Of a stretch of 64,000 bases of DNA, positions 61,501-64,000 are shown piece after piece. The stretch comes from Podarcis melisellensis. Taxonomy: Eukaryota. The notes under the pieces were generated by a model. It did not search any database. It was given only the letters and a program-made list of their open reading frames with translations, and was not told where the DNA came from. Position 1 is the stretch's first letter; every line of letters starts with the position of its first letter. Position numbers and translations under genes: made by a program. Where the stretch lies: the NCBI GenBank assembly GCA_964234715.1, contig OZ174280.1; one strand, given 5' to 3'.

Positions 61501-63512
61501 TTTGTTATAAATAAATAAATCACTGACACACCAAAGTAGGTGGGAATTAAATACCATATTTTTCGCACCATAGGGTGCACCGGACCATAGGGCGCACACA
61601 GTTTTTAGGGGGGGGGGAATCAAGAAAAAAAATATTTCCCTCCCCCAGCCCCAAAGAGCAGCGTACAGGCTGCGCACAACCTCTCCCTGCCGGAGGGGTT
61701 GCGCACGGCTATGGCACAAGCCAAGGCAGCGAGCAGGATGGACCCCGCCCACTGTTTTAGCTTCCTCTTTAGCCCTGCGCAACCTCTCCTTGCCGGGAGA
61801 GGCTGCGTGGGGCTAAAGAAGCCATAGCCCTGTGCAGCCTCTCCTTGCCGGAAGGGTTGCGCGCAGCTATGGAGCAAGCCAAGGCAGGGAACAGGATGGA
61901 TCCCGCTCGCTGTTTTGGCTTCCCCTTTAGCCCCGTGCAGCCTCTCCTTGCCGGGAGAGGCTGCGTGGGGTTAAAGAAGCCATAGCCCCGTGCAGCCTCT
62001 CCTTGCTGGAGGGGTTGCGCGCAGCTATGGAGCAAGCCAAGGCAGCGAACGGAATGGATCCCGCTCGCTGTTTTGGCTTCCCCTTTAGCCCCGTGCAGCC
62101 TCTCCTTGCCGGGAGAGGCTGCGTGGAGCTAAAGAAGCCATAGCCCTGTTCAGCCTCTCCCTGCCGGAGGGGTTGTGCGCGGCTATGGCACAAGCCTGCA
62201 TTCGCTCCATAGGACGCACACACATTTCCCCTCAATTTTTGGAGAGGAAAAACTGCGTCCAATAGAGCAAAAAATACAGTACCTCATGAAAATGCAAATG
62301 TTTAAATTGCTACATCTGGAGCTACACTTACTTTTTTGCTGCAGCAGATCTCACTATTTAAATGTACCTTTTAATATATATAATATAAATAATAGTTCGT
62401 ATGTTGGAAAATGAGAACCAATGCAGCAAATATAGCAATCCTCAGCTCCATCCCACATGGCCCTTCTCTTGATTCTAGCTTGTATGTATAAAAATAAGTT
62501 GTGTTTACCTTATGCTTTTCCATAAGTGCTACCATTTCAGTTATTTTGTGCTGACATTGAATGTCGATTTCTTTCTGCTTTGCTACTGCTTCATCAGCTA
62601 CGAATTTCATTCTCTCTGCCTATTAATATCATATGTGAATGAAATAGTTTAATGAAATAATATTGATATTCAATAATTATATGTGGAACCTATGAGTTAA
62701 ATTCAGTGGCTGCACAAATGGAACAGACCATCTGAACCAATATGGATAAAAATAAATCATTTTTTAAAGTAACAATTAAAGACTAAATTTTAACAAAACA
62801 AAAAAATCTGTTTCTTTTATTATAAAAAGTTGTAGATTCTAAGAGAGTAATTAATCCAACCACCCTAGTTCTAGTTAGTGGATCAAACAACAGGCTTTGA
62901 ATGAACAGTGATGCTACACTGGCAAGTGAAATACCTGAGTCATACCAAAGTTCCTGATCATGGTATAATACTACTGTGCCTTTAATACAGTCTAGGAGGG
63001 TAGCACTTATTCTATGGATTTAGCCTTAGTATCTTTTATACTTGTGAAAGGAACTCCCAGTTTCATTTCTCTCATCTCAGAAATCAAACACCCACAGCTC
63101 AAGATTGTAGGATAAACCTTTCCTTTGGCTGACCAAGGCACAGAGCTTAAAGCTCTTTTTCCATCAGGTTTTCCCAGTGTGAAAGTTTTTAAGCTCTCTA
63201 CCTGAAAGAAAAACCTGCATTTGAAGCTTCCTGTCCTCATCCCGAACCATAACATGTGGGGTACATTATGAGTAAGACAGAGTATGATAAACAGAGACTG
63301 CTAGGAACTGATAAGCAGATTGATAAATCCCAATCATGTAAATAAAAACGAGTTTATGCAAGTTTACAAAATGTAAAAAAAACTTGAACTCTTACCTCTT
63401 TGAAAAGTTTTTCTTCTGCTTCTCTAGCCTTCTCTATTTCATTTTTATAGTTGTCAGTTGTTTCTTTATGCAATTTCTTTATATTTTCCAACTCTAATTG
63501 TAATTTATTCAC
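53855..63512 (-). CDS. SYCP1: Synaptonemal complex protein 1, C-terminal nine coding exons (gene continues beyond the window)
   Basis: Phase-0 exons: 63396-63512 (VNKLQLELENIKK...), 62509-62619 (...EIDIQCQHKITEMVALMEKHK), 60012-60104 (HQYDKTVEEKD...), 59405-59479, 57453-57512, 57115-57264 (KTQTSFIETPK...), 55562-55702 (TYTVKTPPK...KKKRK), 54087-54173 (SIVSEEEMFKKLY...TPKK), 53855-53998 (...RKMRDAGWTAISKVDRKKKMKEAGKLFA*). Hallmark SYCP1 motifs CQHKIxEMVALMEKHK/HQYDK and the C-terminus. Confidence 0.95.
55498..55538. repeat. (CA)n microsatellite
   Basis: Directly visible, about 25 bp from a SYCP1 splice donor. Confidence 0.95.
60505..61255 (+). mobile_element. L2 LINE fragment in a SYCP1 intron
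   Basis: Degenerate ORF2 peptides AVKAAKKAYFAASIASS...PAELF and TTSSLDPCTSWLIK...LKKAVVKPLLKK; (AAAT)n tail near 61240-61255. Confidence 0.75.
61554..62279. mobile_element. Tc2/pogo-like non-autonomous DNA transposon carrying a 158-bp GC-rich tandem array
   Basis: TA-flanked imperfect TIRs CCATATTTTTCGCACCATAG / CAATAGAGCAAAAAATACAG; about 3.3 copies of a 158-bp unit at about 61665-62195 (the ORF track shows repeated peptides offset by 158 nt). Confidence 0.75.
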
Positions 63513-63595
63513 CTGTAATTTAAAATGTATGACTCAATCACAAAAGTCAAAAGACTGGCCTATGCAATCTCTAATCTGCTGGATATATTTTAGCA

Positions 63596-63731
63596 CAGGC
63601 ATCCACAACCTGTGGCCCTCCAGATGTTTTGGCCTACAACTCCCATGATCCCTAGCTAACAAGACCAGTGGTCAGGGATGATGGGAATTGTAGTCCAAAA
63701 CATCTGGAGGAGCGAAGGTTGGGGATGCCTG
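63596..63731. mobile_element. hAT-type MITE
   Basis: TIRs CAGGCATCC / GGATGCCTG; 8-bp TSD TTTTAGCA (63588-63595, 63732-63739). Confidence 0.85.
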
Positions 63732-64000
63732 TTTTAGCATACTGTGAACACCCCTGTCATTTTTGGGTTTTCCCTTGCAGTGATCCAAAGGAGATAAAAA
63801 GTATTCCCAAATGGACTTTTGAAGTAACTGCAATTGAAGCAGCAGTAAGGAGACAGCAACCAGTGAAGCCTTCAAAAGGGAAAGTAGCTCTTATTCTGTT
63901 ATTAGATGAAGTACTGTATGTTATATTCACAGAGCTCTTTTTCTGTACTCAAAGCATATATCAGCAGAGTTTTAGAGAATTAGTAGCAGTGAACTCATAT

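Noticed and set aside
61447-62262. Repetitive protein-coding ORFs on the minus strand
   Set aside because: By-products of the GC-rich 158-bp tandem repeat in a transposon within a SYCP1 intron.

Overview
Vertebrate (squamate reptile, probably a lacertid lizard, judged from Sauria-type SINEs and a BovB LINE) genomic DNA covering the SYCP1-TSHB-TSPAN2 synteny block. I assembled five spliced protein-coding genes by hand, with GT-AG boundaries and reading phases that fit. (1) The 3' six coding exons of TSPAN2 (+). (2) A complete 334-aa mitochondrial glutamate carrier paralog of the SLC25A22/SLC25A18 family (+). (3) The complete TSHB gene (-), with a well-conserved promoter (TATA, D-box, Pit-1/GATA-like element). 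(4) A complete 285-aa type I membrane mucin-like gene that I cannot name (+), with MUC15-like architecture and a tyrosine-rich tail. (5) The 3' nine coding exons of SYCP1 (-). Genes 2 and 4 sit where the human locus has no protein-coding gene that I know of, and they are the main candidates for undescribed biology. Introns and intergenic DNA carry many hAT and Tc1/mariner-type MITEs (several with intact target-site duplications), SINEs, L2 and BovB LINE fragments and LTR-like elements. Most ORFs in the supplied track are noise. No database searches were run; homology calls come from recalled protein motifs.
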